Origin: a virus
DNA: 64,000 bases
Virus record (IMG/VR): IMGVR_UViG_3300045988_149331
Span: 1 to 64,000 of that record
Strand: one strand, 5' to 3'
Under the pieces are notes generated by a model. That model was given only the letters and a program-made list of their open reading frames with translations. It was not told where the DNA came from and ran no database searches. Of the stretch, positions 44,851 to 53,711 are shown one piece after another (the stretch's first letter is position 1; each line of letters starts with the position of its first letter). The position numbers and the translations under genes were made by a program.

Positions 44851-46604
44851 TACTCTTGTTTGCTATCTTCCGGCAACCATTCCATTAAGACACGATTTCC
44901 TTCAATCTTATGGACCTTATAATTTTGGTCTCGGCCAATTAAAAATTCCCCCTCCTCTCCTCCGTAAACCCCTACTACTGGAGCAACCGGGCAACCCGCG
45001 GGAGCGATAATATCAAAATACATAGTCCCCTCGTCGTTGCTAATTTCAGGATAACATGTAGTGCTCATGAACGACTTATCGCTGAACACCTCCCCCTCCT
45101 TGAGATTTTTAACGAAATTATCTGCATCGTTTTCAAACGTAAGTTTCCTGTATAAAACGATATTTTGTCCCACTTTATTTTGAGAAATAAACGTATCAAT
45201 TCCGTTTATGAATTTATCCATTTTATCAGACGATACATCGACTTTGTTGCCGTAAAGGTATTTTCTCATTACAGCAAAGTCAAGATCATCATCTTCGTCA
45301 AAATCGTCATCATGGTCTGCGGAATATAAAACAATAGCTTTTACTGCATCCGAATCGCTTTCGTCCATGAAATCCTCATAAGCGTCAACAATCTTATCAA
45401 AGAATTCAGTTGCATCGTCGCTGTTTAATCGTATGAATTTTTCGCCGTTTATGTCCAACCCACTTTTCCGTAAAGCCCATTTGTACGCTCTATCGGCCTT
45501 TTTGAGAACTTTTTCATTCGCCTTGTCAGAGGGTAATCGCTCAATGTTTTTCGCAGTACTGTCGCCTGATAATGAAATATTAAAACGTTCATTATCTGCT
45601 TCAAATTTCTTTTGTTCTTCTGCTTTTTCCCTTTTAACATCCTCGCTTTTTACCCAAAAAGCGATAGCGTCGTCTTTTGTGTCTTCAGGCACGATATTAT
45701 TTCTTTTCAAGACATCAATCGCCTTTTTAGATAATTCTTCGGGGGTTAATTTATACTTTGAATACTGTTCGTCGGTCTTTCGTAATTTACTCAAAAAGAT
45801 GCCAGCTATCGTCTTTGGTGTATCGCTACCTCGTACTTGATCCAGCAAATCTTTTTCGAATTTCTCATCAACGGCATCTTCGTCTTTATTGTCGTCATCC
45901 TTTTCACTACCCTCCCTGGCGTCAGGATCGCCGAACTTGGACGCGGCTCCCTCGACGTCAGCGATCTCCTTCACCGTCGTGGTCTCGAAATTGTCAACAT
46001 CGGCGTAGGGGTATTTGTCCACGCGGTAGCCTTCGCTGGTCTTGGTGACTACCAGATCGAAGCCGTCTTCGTCGCCGCCGACCTGCTTGATGAACGCGTG
46101 AGAAGCGTCTTCGACTCCAGCGTACTGCTCCAGGTCCTGGTCGTCCATCTGACGGAAGCCCATGGACTCAAACGAGGCCGTCGCCTTGGCGTCACCGTCA
46201 GCCAGGCCGTTACGCAACGAGGCGTCGCCCTTCTTGTTCTTGGCGCGAACGTTCACGCCGCGGCGTTCGAGTTCTGCGGTGGCCACCTTGCGCATTTCAG
46301 CGTCAGCCGACGGATCGTTAGCCACTTTCACCAACGCCTCCTCCGAAGCCGAGCGGGCATGATTCTGGAGGCTGACGTTGCCTCCGGGAACGCCACCTTC
46401 ACCCCCCTCAGCCGCGGGGTCTTTCTCCTTGGCTGCGTGACCGTACTCCTGACCCACACGTTGCAAGCGGCGGTTTTGAGCGTTGTCGGTGTATACACCG
46501 TGACGCGCTTTTTCGATTTCTACCTCTTCAGTTTCGGGGATGTTGACGAACCCCTTGAGGATTTGCTGTCGTTTTGCCTCACCGTAGTTGATAATCTCTT
46601 TCAT
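44850..46604 (-). CDS. candidate packaged effector with a C-terminal R-S-E ADP-ribosyltransferase domain (Alt/C3-like)
   Basis: 'NIVLYRKLT' (Arg), 'KSFMSTTCY' (S-T-T), 'GGEEGEFLIG' (ExE). The N-terminus carries 'EKARHGVYTDNAQNRRLQRVGQEY'. Confidence 0.65.
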   Translation of the reverse strand: MKEIINYGEAKRQQILKGFVNIPETEEVEIEKARHGVYTDNAQNRRLQRVGQEYGHAAKEKDPAAEGGEGGVPGGNVSLQNHARSASEEALVKVANDPSADAEMRKVATAELERRGVNVRAKNKKGDASLRNGLADGDAKATASFESMGFRQMDDQDLEQYAGVEDASHAFIKQVGGDEDGFDLVVTKTSEGYRVDKYPYADVDNFETTTVKEIADVEGAASKFGDPDAREGSEKDDDNKDEDAVDEKFEKDLLDQVRGSDTPKTIAGIFLSKLRKTDEQYSKYKLTPEELSKKAIDVLKRNNIVPEDTKDDAIAFWVKSEDVKREKAEEQKKFEADNERFNISLSGDSTAKNIERLPSDKANEKVLKKADRAYKWALRKSGLDINGEKFIRLNSDDATEFFDKIVDAYEDFMDESDSDAVKAIVLYSADHDDDFDEDDDLDFAVMRKYLYGNKVDVSSDKMDKFINGIDTFISQNKVGQNIVLYRKLTFENDADNFVKNLKEGEVFSDKSFMSTTCYPEISNDEGTMYFDIIAPAGCPVAPVVGVYGGEEGEFLIGRDQNYKVHKIEGNRVLMEWLPEDSKQE

Positions 46605-46679
46605 CGTATTGTTGTTTTATATGTTTCTTTTCCTACTACAAAAGGTAATGAAAATTCTCCAAACCGCCAATAGTTTTTG

Positions 46680-47237
46680 TTAAAATTTTACACCAAAATC
46701 CACCGTATATCCCCAGTTATCATTAACCCTCATGGCTGAAGCACCTACCATGAACCGCTGGCGGAAATCGGCTCCGGCGGAGAACTTTTGTGTACCAAAG
46801 TCCAACGATGTGCCTATTTGGGCATAGCCTTGGATGAATGGTATGCGGGTTTGCACCGTGGTACGTTCTATTTCACGCACTCGTATCAGAGGATTGATAA
46901 TTGACGTAGCTTCAGTGATGGCGTTGCGGTTCACAGTGGCGTTCACCTTGAACGTTCCAATACTGTCGTTTGAAAAGTCCAGCGTGTAGTGCTTTGTAGC
47001 AAGATAATCAGCCAGCAACGCCGCGGTGTCGATTTCCCCTGGAAGGTAGATGGTGGTATCGCGTACGACGATATACGGCACCGGAACCTTCACTGTATCG
47101 CGGTATTCGACCGTGTCGTGCTTTGTATGCCACCTTTCAACGACTTTCGGGGGTTCGGGGATATAACTACCCCGCCCAAGAAAGAACGCGAAAATTAGGG
47201 CCGCTACAACGATAATTATGGATGCCGCAGTTTTCAT
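46680..47237 (-). CDS. signal-anchored protein with a beta-rich C-terminus ending in Phe (outer-membrane-protein-like)
   Basis: N-terminal 'AASIIIVVAALIFAFFLG'. C-terminal '...NDNWGYTVDFGVKF' stop. ATGA overlap with the upstream coiled-coil gene. Confidence 0.45.
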   Translation of the reverse strand: MKTAASIIIVVAALIFAFFLGRGSYIPEPPKVVERWHTKHDTVEYRDTVKVPVPYIVVRDTTIYLPGEIDTAALLADYLATKHYTLDFSNDSIGTFKVNATVNRNAITEATSIINPLIRVREIERTTVQTRIPFIQGYAQIGTSLDFGTQKFSAGADFRQRFMVGASAMRVNDNWGYTVDFGVKF

Positions 47238-47734
47238 GGACGTTTGCCGTTTTTGATCATATCCTCGTAGGCCACAATTGACGCTTCAAGATCACTGATG
47301 CGACGCTTGTATTCCTCGGCGGCGCGATTGGCTTCGCACTCATGTGTACGGAACTCCTCCATCAGGCGGTTATACTTATCACGATCGGCCTGGCGTTGAG
47401 CCTCGTATTCGTCGCGAATCTTGTTGAGTTCGTTACGAAAGTTGGTCATCATTTCGTTAGATAACCGCCGTTCGTTCTGTACCTCTTGGTAGAGGTTGTC
47501 GTAGCGTTCCTTCCACCACGACTCCTTCTTGTCCAACTCAGCCGCCAATACGTCATATCGCCCTTTCCAAAACTCTTCACCCTTGAGGTCGGCATCAGCC
47601 TGACTGGCGCGAACTTCCTGCTCGTATTTCTTACGATCGAGCATACGTGCTACAACGGCATAACCGATACTACCCACTCCAAATAGAAGTGAGATCACGG
47701 GGAAAATTGTAGTCATGAAAAGTCCGTCAGCCAT
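47234..47734 (-). CDS. N-terminally membrane-anchored coiled-coil protein (i-spanin-like)
   Basis: TM 'TTIFPVISLLFGVGSIGYAVVA' followed by ~130 aa of charged heptad-like sequence. Confidence 0.45.
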   Translation of the reverse strand: MADGLFMTTIFPVISLLFGVGSIGYAVVARMLDRKKYEQEVRASQADADLKGEEFWKGRYDVLAAELDKKESWWKERYDNLYQEVQNERRLSNEMMTNFRNELNKIRDEYEAQRQADRDKYNRLMEEFRTHECEANRAAEEYKRRISDLEASIVAYEDMIKNGKRP

Positions 47735-48296
47735 TGCGTTTCATTATTTCGTTAATGCGTATGCGAGCGGCCTTGGCGGCTTTAGCATATGCATTGTAAT
47801 TGTAATTCGAGCGGAGACACCTCAAGATTTCGTCAGCAAAAACCTTGATAATATCCACCTTGGCGTTTTGATAGGCGTCCATGTCGCCTTCATTAGTTAA
47901 CGTCGCTGGATAGATTATCAGTTTTACTTCCGCGCTTACACGATTGAAGAAACGATACCACTGGCGGTCGTACGAATCGACGAACGTAAATGACCTCCAA
48001 CGAATTTGAGGCGTGAGAATATCGTAGTGGTTTGAAAGATTATAGGCGAAATCCCGTGTTAACACAGGACAAACGCGGTTGAGTGTTAAACTACAGCCAT
48101 CGGCATGGTCATGGAAAAAGTCCACTGCCATGGCTACACCGTAGGTGCGATGAGGGCGAAAGTAGTTCCAAACGTCATAGGCGTTTCCTGTAACAACCTC
48201 CACGCGACGACGGCGTAGTTCGTCAGCCAGTTCGCGTACAAAACTACGGGCCTCGGTATTGAACCGCTTTGACGCTAAATAAACTACTCTACACAT
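47727..48296 (-). CDS. hypothetical protein (weak LAS/M15-peptidase-like 'PHRTYGVAMAVD...HDH')
   Basis: Start preferred at M27 (ATG 48296..48294), just after the upstream stop at 48302..48304. Confidence 0.35.
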   Translation of the reverse strand: MCRVVYLASKRFNTEARSFVRELADELRRRRVEVVTGNAYDVWNYFRPHRTYGVAMAVDFFHDHADGCSLTLNRVCPVLTRDFAYNLSNHYDILTPQIRWRSFTFVDSYDRQWYRFFNRVSAEVKLIIYPATLTNEGDMDAYQNAKVDIIKVFADEILRCLRSNYNYNAYAKAAKAARIRINEIMKRNG

Positions 48297-48301
48297 GGCT
48301 G

Positions 48302-49930
48302 TTAGAGATAATCGATCTTCTGAATGAAACTCGTGAATCGTAATCTTGAACTTGAAATATACCCCGTTGCCCACGCTGTGAGCAAATAATATCCTGCAGA
48401 AGCCATGTTGTAGTCTTTAGACCCGTCACCATCAACCACACGAAGTGTTTGACCGTTGGAGACGTTACAATAGATGATCACCTGAATCGTGCCGCCAACA
48501 CTTTCGTTTGTGTAGGCATCCAGTGCTCCGGGATTATCCAAGAAGCCCAAATTCAGCGTCCACACAGCAGACGTTATTGACGATGCGTTGAGATTGTAAA
48601 AATAACGATACCCGAGTCGGACGTTGTACGTTGAACCGCCGGGCAGATTCGAAAATCCAACACTTCCGCCAACTATTCCAACGGCCATGTGTCGTTTCAG
48701 GACGTTACGTTCAAAAATTGACGATGAATCCACCAATTTCTTAAGTATTGGACCTGTATCGCCACCTGTAATGATCTGAGCAATATCGTCCCACAGCAAC
48801 TTGAATGCATCACGCACGCTTCCCTCGACGTCGATGAAACCCATGTAGTCGATGTCAGGAAAATCGGTCTGTTGGCCGCCTATTTTAATGTTCTTAGATT
48901 CGCCGTATTCCGAATCAATATCCAGAATAGCCTGATGGAGCAGCGCGATAGCCTTTTCGACGATATCCCCTGCTGCCGGCATGATGCCCTTGGTGTTAGG
49001 GTTGGGTGCGTAAGCCGACGAAAGACTCGCGCCAGTAGCCAGTTTGAGACGATTATACCAGCCTTGAATCTTGTTGAAAGCGGCGGTTATATCGTCGTTG
49101 GGTGTGAGGTCTTGTGGAGCAGCCACCGTAGCCGTTACGGGATTAACCTCGATCAACTTTGAGGTAAATATCATCTCACGCGAGTTGTTCTGCCAGTCCC
49201 GGACTATATCTTGTACGTCCTTGAAGACCTTATCCATTGCGGCGTAATCGGCCGTGTATTGCTTGTAACCGATAACGGTAGTATCGTCCGTCTGTTCCGA
49301 GACGATGACGCCTTTCATTGCCGCTGAAAAGTTGAAATACAACCCGTCAACAAACGCCAACGAGTTCTTCGGTGACTTAGATATCAGCGACTGAATAGTA
49401 CGCTTCACCAGTGTGGTGTTCTCTCCAACCATACGCATGCCGTACAATACGTCAGTCATGGCGGGGTTGTCGGTAACGGACTGGAACTGGAAATTGAGTT
49501 TAGAAGTCGCAGCGTCAAACGTCGCGACGACGTTATCGAAGAAATAGTTCGTGGAGGCGACGTACTGCGTAGTAGTCCCCTGGCCTGCGAGGTCTTCGAC
49601 GATGATGTTGTTTTGCTTGTCCACGTACTGGACACGCGTCGAACCCACCACCCAGACCATAGTGTTCCAGTTGGCGTCAGAGTCGCGTTTAACGACGTGA
49701 TAGAACGCACCGATAGGCAAGCCGCCGGGGAGGTTCGCTTTATTGATAAGGGCGTTGAAATCGGCTATTTCAGCGACAATTGCCTGCGACATCGGCACCC
49801 ACTCCCCCAACGACTGGTTGTAACTCTTGTGGAGGCCGTCGGTGGTGTCGTACCAGATGATGGCCTGATTAGAGGGGGCGGTTGCGCCGATCGATATGCC
49901 GGCAATTGTTCCGATGTCTACAGTTGCCAT
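48302..49930 (-). CDS. virion fibre-like protein of unknown function
   Basis: 542 aa. N-terminus 'APSNQAIIWYDTTDGLHKSYNQSLGEWVPM' resembles the IW.D...L..Y....W motif of fibre N-termini. Confidence 0.4.
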   Translation of the reverse strand: MATVDIGTIAGISIGATAPSNQAIIWYDTTDGLHKSYNQSLGEWVPMSQAIVAEIADFNALINKANLPGGLPIGAFYHVVKRDSDANWNTMVWVVGSTRVQYVDKQNNIIVEDLAGQGTTTQYVASTNYFFDNVVATFDAATSKLNFQFQSVTDNPAMTDVLYGMRMVGENTTLVKRTIQSLISKSPKNSLAFVDGLYFNFSAAMKGVIVSEQTDDTTVIGYKQYTADYAAMDKVFKDVQDIVRDWQNNSREMIFTSKLIEVNPVTATVAAPQDLTPNDDITAAFNKIQGWYNRLKLATGASLSSAYAPNPNTKGIMPAAGDIVEKAIALLHQAILDIDSEYGESKNIKIGGQQTDFPDIDYMGFIDVEGSVRDAFKLLWDDIAQIITGGDTGPILKKLVDSSSIFERNVLKRHMAVGIVGGSVGFSNLPGGSTYNVRLGYRYFYNLNASSITSAVWTLNLGFLDNPGALDAYTNESVGGTIQVIIYCNVSNGQTLRVVDGDGSKDYNMASAGYYLLTAWATGYISSSRLRFTSFIQKIDYL

Positions 49931-49942
49931 AATAGGAAACGT

Positions 49943-50200
49943 TTAGCGTGAATATAGGTAGGCGGTACGGTCGTCCCAAACGAAATTGAAACTCATATCC
50001 CCTTGAGGATATTCCGTGATGGTAATGCCGTTGGCGGTTGTTTCACGTTCGATACGCCAGCCCGGCTCTCCCTGGCCTGTGCCGATAGGGGCATATCCGC
50101 GATACACGGTCCCCTCAGTGGAAGCGTCGATGATAGGCTTCGGCATGGCCTCCGAAAGCAACTGCACGATGGGTGCAGTATTCTTCTCGTTACTCGTCAT
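49943..50200 (-). CDS. hypothetical protein
   Basis: 85-aa ORF directly after the portal gene. Confidence 0.45.
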   Translation of the reverse strand: MTSNEKNTAPIVQLLSEAMPKPIIDASTEGTVYRGYAPIGTGQGEPGWRIERETTANGITITEYPQGDMSFNFVWDDRTAYLYSR

Positions 50201-51956
50201 GATCTATTGCTTTTTGTAAGTATTCGTCAAATGCGGCCACGAGCGGGTTTGCCTCACGGGCCTTCATAGTCTCTTCGTCGTCGCCTTGGGCGTAAAGGTC
50301 AAACGGGTTGCCGCCCTGGGCGTCGGCGTCTTCTTCGCCTTCACCACCAGCCACAGGCTCATCAGCCGGGCCGCCTGCTGCCTCCATACCCATACCAGCG
50401 GCCTCTTCGAATGGGTTTCCACCGCCCATTCCCATACCGCCCATCGCCTGCTGCTGTTGCTGCTTGGCGCTGAGGGCTTGTTGAATAACGGAGTTTTCGA
50501 TAGTATCACCACCCTTTTCTTCGCCGATGGCGGGGAGGTCCCACTTTTCGCGAATTTCATCGACGGTCTGGAAGGCTTGAAGGCGTTTGATGTCCATATC
50601 CAACTCCTCGGAAATAGTCATTCCGTTGAGGCCCATGAACACGAACTCAAAGTCAGGGTTAATCTGGTCAACGATGAACTTGTTAATCTTACGCTGGATG
50701 AACTTCAACAGCGGATACAGACCCTTGTCTTTCGACTGCTCCATACGTTGTTTTTGGCCATCGCCAAACGTCAGGCCGCTGTTGTTAGAACGTGATATGT
50801 CCCAACCGATTTCCGTCGGGTCGATACAGTACACAGCGCAAGCGATCTTAATCAGGTATTCCATCCAAGACGTGTACTCCATATCACGGTTGTTCTTCTG
50901 GAGGTCTACCCAGTCAATATCACCTTCGACGACAGGCGTCTTCCACGACTGCATAACGCCTGAAATCATCGCCTGCCACTGCTGTTTGAACTGCTGAAGC
51001 GAAGCCTCGTTGACGTTGCCCTTGATACGCAACAGACCCTTCGGGGCTGACCCCTGTGAGAAGAAACGGCGGTTGTACTCATCACCCCAAAGCATCGACG
51101 TGACGACGTTGATCAACTCTTCCAACTCGGAGTTCCCGTAGCCGTTAGCGTAGATAGACGTTGACGGGTTGCGGATTCCAAAGCACAACTCCCATGGATA
51201 GAACTGTGCCACCTTGGCTGTTTGGTACACCTGGACGTAGGCCGGGTAGTAACCGTCGATTTTTTGCCCCCAGTTTTGGCGGTCATCCATCATTACGCCG
51301 CGGAAATACGGGTTGTCGTATTCACCATCAAAGTACGAATCTGCCAACCGGAACGTAGCAGCGTCTACAGCCTGGAAACGTACCAATTTACCGCGGCGAT
51401 TGCGGATACATTCAAACGTCAGCTGGTCGAACGTCAACGAGTCGTCAACGATCTTACGTATGAACTCGTCAAATTCGTCACCATCCCACGCAGCAGTATC
51501 GCCACAGTTTAGGATGAAGTCCGTGATGGACGAAGCGATCTTGCAGTCTTGGGAGTCCATTTTCTGCTCCATACCGTGACGCGGCTTGCGTCGAATAACG
51601 AAGCCCGTCGAATAGCGGTCGGCCTGCGGTTCAGCAAAGTCGGCCACCTGATTCTTACGGGTCTTGATGATGGAGTTGATAATGGGGGTGCGGCTCATCC
51701 GGCGCAGCGTCTCGTACGAGAGTGAGAACGGCTTATCCTTGTAACCCAAAAACGAGTTGAACTCCAACGGGTCGATGAGATATGCCTTGGGGGCCACGTT
51801 GGCGGGCTTGCTTTGCTGGTTAAATATTTCGGCCGCTTTGAGTATGTCGGACGGGTTATCACCACGCAGCGCCTTCTCCACCAACAGCGATTTGCGGATG
51901 GTCAAGGCTTGCATGGCGCGTTCTACCGATTCCAATCTTTCTTTTACACCGGACAT
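50190..51956 (-). CDS. portal protein
   Basis: 588 aa, first gene of the head module. Acidic Gly/Met/Gln-rich C-terminal tail. A MuF-like gene lies in the same module. No family signature verified. Confidence 0.6.
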   Translation of the reverse strand: MSGVKERLESVERAMQALTIRKSLLVEKALRGDNPSDILKAAEIFNQQSKPANVAPKAYLIDPLEFNSFLGYKDKPFSLSYETLRRMSRTPIINSIIKTRKNQVADFAEPQADRYSTGFVIRRKPRHGMEQKMDSQDCKIASSITDFILNCGDTAAWDGDEFDEFIRKIVDDSLTFDQLTFECIRNRRGKLVRFQAVDAATFRLADSYFDGEYDNPYFRGVMMDDRQNWGQKIDGYYPAYVQVYQTAKVAQFYPWELCFGIRNPSTSIYANGYGNSELEELINVVTSMLWGDEYNRRFFSQGSAPKGLLRIKGNVNEASLQQFKQQWQAMISGVMQSWKTPVVEGDIDWVDLQKNNRDMEYTSWMEYLIKIACAVYCIDPTEIGWDISRSNNSGLTFGDGQKQRMEQSKDKGLYPLLKFIQRKINKFIVDQINPDFEFVFMGLNGMTISEELDMDIKRLQAFQTVDEIREKWDLPAIGEEKGGDTIENSVIQQALSAKQQQQQAMGGMGMGGGNPFEEAAGMGMEAAGGPADEPVAGGEGEEDADAQGGNPFDLYAQGDDEETMKAREANPLVAAFDEYLQKAIDHDE

Positions 51957-51993
51957 AATGTTTTTACGCGATTTATGTACCTATAATTGGCTA

Positions 51994-52317
51994 TCAACCC
52001 AACATTTTCAAAATGTCGTTGCAGGCCGTTTTCCTGATTATCAACGCTTGATGAACGATATCTCCCCACACCGCCAACTGATGACCGCGCCATGAGTAGT
52101 AGTCGGTTTGGTCATCGTACGAACCTTGCCACTCGCCTTCGCTGCGTATAGTAGCCACCAAACGGCGAAATGCTCGCTGTTCGTCGGTAGTGAGGGGTGA
52201 TATAAAAGTGCCGACGACTACTAATCGTGCGGCACTCGTTGTTAGATCATCGGCTAACGTTTGAAAGTTAATGCCCATGAACTCACCTGTCTCTAATGGG
52301 GTATGAAAAGTTATCAT
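51994..52317 (-). CDS. hypothetical protein
   Basis: 107-aa ORF with a 4-nt overlap with the upstream gene. Confidence 0.5.
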   Translation of the reverse strand: MITFHTPLETGEFMGINFQTLADDLTTSAARLVVVGTFISPLTTDEQRAFRRLVATIRSEGEWQGSYDDQTDYYSWRGHQLAVWGDIVHQALIIRKTACNDILKMLG

Positions 52318-53324
52318 TCGCCAACCAATTTTACAGTTCGTGGTTCAAAAGTAGAGCGTTGCTTACCTTCACCGATGCGCATCTTCCAGTATTTTTGATA
52401 TTCACACAACCACATCTCGATCTGGTGAAGGGTTATATTGCCGTGAGGCGTTGTGTAATATCCTGCTTCGAGTTTGTGCCAGTGTAGGTACGGAAAATCT
52501 CCAAATGTCGCCAACGCCACCTGCGCTTCATCACGCAGACGATAGATACCGTCAATTTGACGTTTCAACGACGGGAATATTAACCGCAACCCAATCGACG
52601 CCCCAGGCCCCACGTTAGTGTAGTCATCCTGAGTGAAACGCATGAAACGCCGATATGTATATCGCGGTATATAGGTGAAATCTTGATAGAATTCGTGAGC
52701 GATGAATGCAGCCGATGACGGAAGCCCCTGAAGGAACTTGATGATCTGTTCAGGAGTTTGGGCCGTAAATACCATCTTGATGAGTTCACCCAAGCGACGG
52801 TGTAACGTAGGCACTACCAGATGGGTGTAACAGTAATCACGCGGTTTACCCGGCGTGGCCATGGAATTGATGAGATATGCCGTGGTGTAGGGGTTGTTCC
52901 CCGAAGCGCGGTACGACGTTATCATCTCTGCAAAAGCGTCTTCGTCGTAGCTGTCGTAATCTGGAATACCAGCGCCCCAGCCATACTTATCGCGAGCGTA
53001 TTCAAAAGTACTGGGGTTGTTGAAATACCGGAACACCATCATCTTCCACACCAAGCTGGCTAACGACAATGAATCATCCAACAGAATATTTCGAATTTGC
53101 CACTGGGAATTTCGATCCAGTTCGCGGTACACGTTAGTGAACTTGTAGTCGCGCAAAATAGGGTCTTCAGTCCAGGGGCGTGGTTGGTGATCGATGAAAC
53201 GTCGTTTCCAGATCATTTGCCGCTCAAACATCGTGCGAAAGAACTCCGTGCGGTGTTCGTCGCTCACGTCAAGCGTATCAGATGGGAGTTTGTCACTCCA
53301 AGAATAGTGATCAAAGTTTGCCAT
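52314..53324 (-). CDS. aGPT-Pplase-like protein (putative thymidine hypermodification transferase family)
   Basis: 'FERQMIWKRRFIDHQPRPWTEDPILRDYKFTNVYRELDRNSQW' matches my recollection of the family's N-terminal signature (R..G.P.PWT.DPIL..Y+FTNV.R.LDR.(S/T)). Predicted all-helical, 336 aa. Confidence 0.5.
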   Translation of the reverse strand: MANFDHYSWSDKLPSDTLDVSDEHRTEFFRTMFERQMIWKRRFIDHQPRPWTEDPILRDYKFTNVYRELDRNSQWQIRNILLDDSLSLASLVWKMMVFRYFNNPSTFEYARDKYGWGAGIPDYDSYDEDAFAEMITSYRASGNNPYTTAYLINSMATPGKPRDYCYTHLVVPTLHRRLGELIKMVFTAQTPEQIIKFLQGLPSSAAFIAHEFYQDFTYIPRYTYRRFMRFTQDDYTNVGPGASIGLRLIFPSLKRQIDGIYRLRDEAQVALATFGDFPYLHWHKLEAGYYTTPHGNITLHQIEMWLCEYQKYWKMRIGEGKQRSTFEPRTVKLVGE

Positions 53325-53625
53325 TTTGTTTACAATAGCTTCGTATCAGCAATTCACGGCGCGCTTCAGAGGTCTTTCCAGCCAGCCGGAACAACGTAGC
53401 ATCAGGCAAGTTCTTCAGTGGTCGTTTAGCTGCATTTACAAGACGCGCTTCGTCTATAACGAGGTTTACCCTTATCCGCCGCCCGCGGATCAATTTGACG
53501 GACTCTGCAGCGAGCAGTGGACAATAATCGTTACCGTGTAACGAACGTACAATAAACGTCATCGAACCCCAAACCTCAGGGTCTGCAACGACGTCGCCTA
53601 TTTTGAAATATCTCCATCGGTCCAT
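53311..53625 (-). CDS. hypothetical protein
   Basis: 104-aa ORF. Confidence 0.5.
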   Translation of the reverse strand: MDRWRYFKIGDVVADPEVWGSMTFIVRSLHGNDYCPLLAAESVKLIRGRRIRVNLVIDEARLVNAAKRPLKNLPDATLFRLAGKTSEARRELLIRSYCKQNGKL

Positions 53626-53631
53626 ATAACT

Positions 53632-53670
53632 AAAAAACGTTGGCCCCGAAACGCTTACTGAATCGAGGCC
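53632..53670 (-). terminator. hairpin plus T6 tract
   Basis: Minus strand reads GGCCTCG-(15 nt)-CGGGGCC AACG TTTTTT (7 bp including one G-U pair). It lies between 53712..54383 and 53311..53625. Confidence 0.45.
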
Positions 53671-53711
53671 GCGGTCCTAACTAACCTTGGAAAATGGAAA
53701 CAGAAAAGAAA

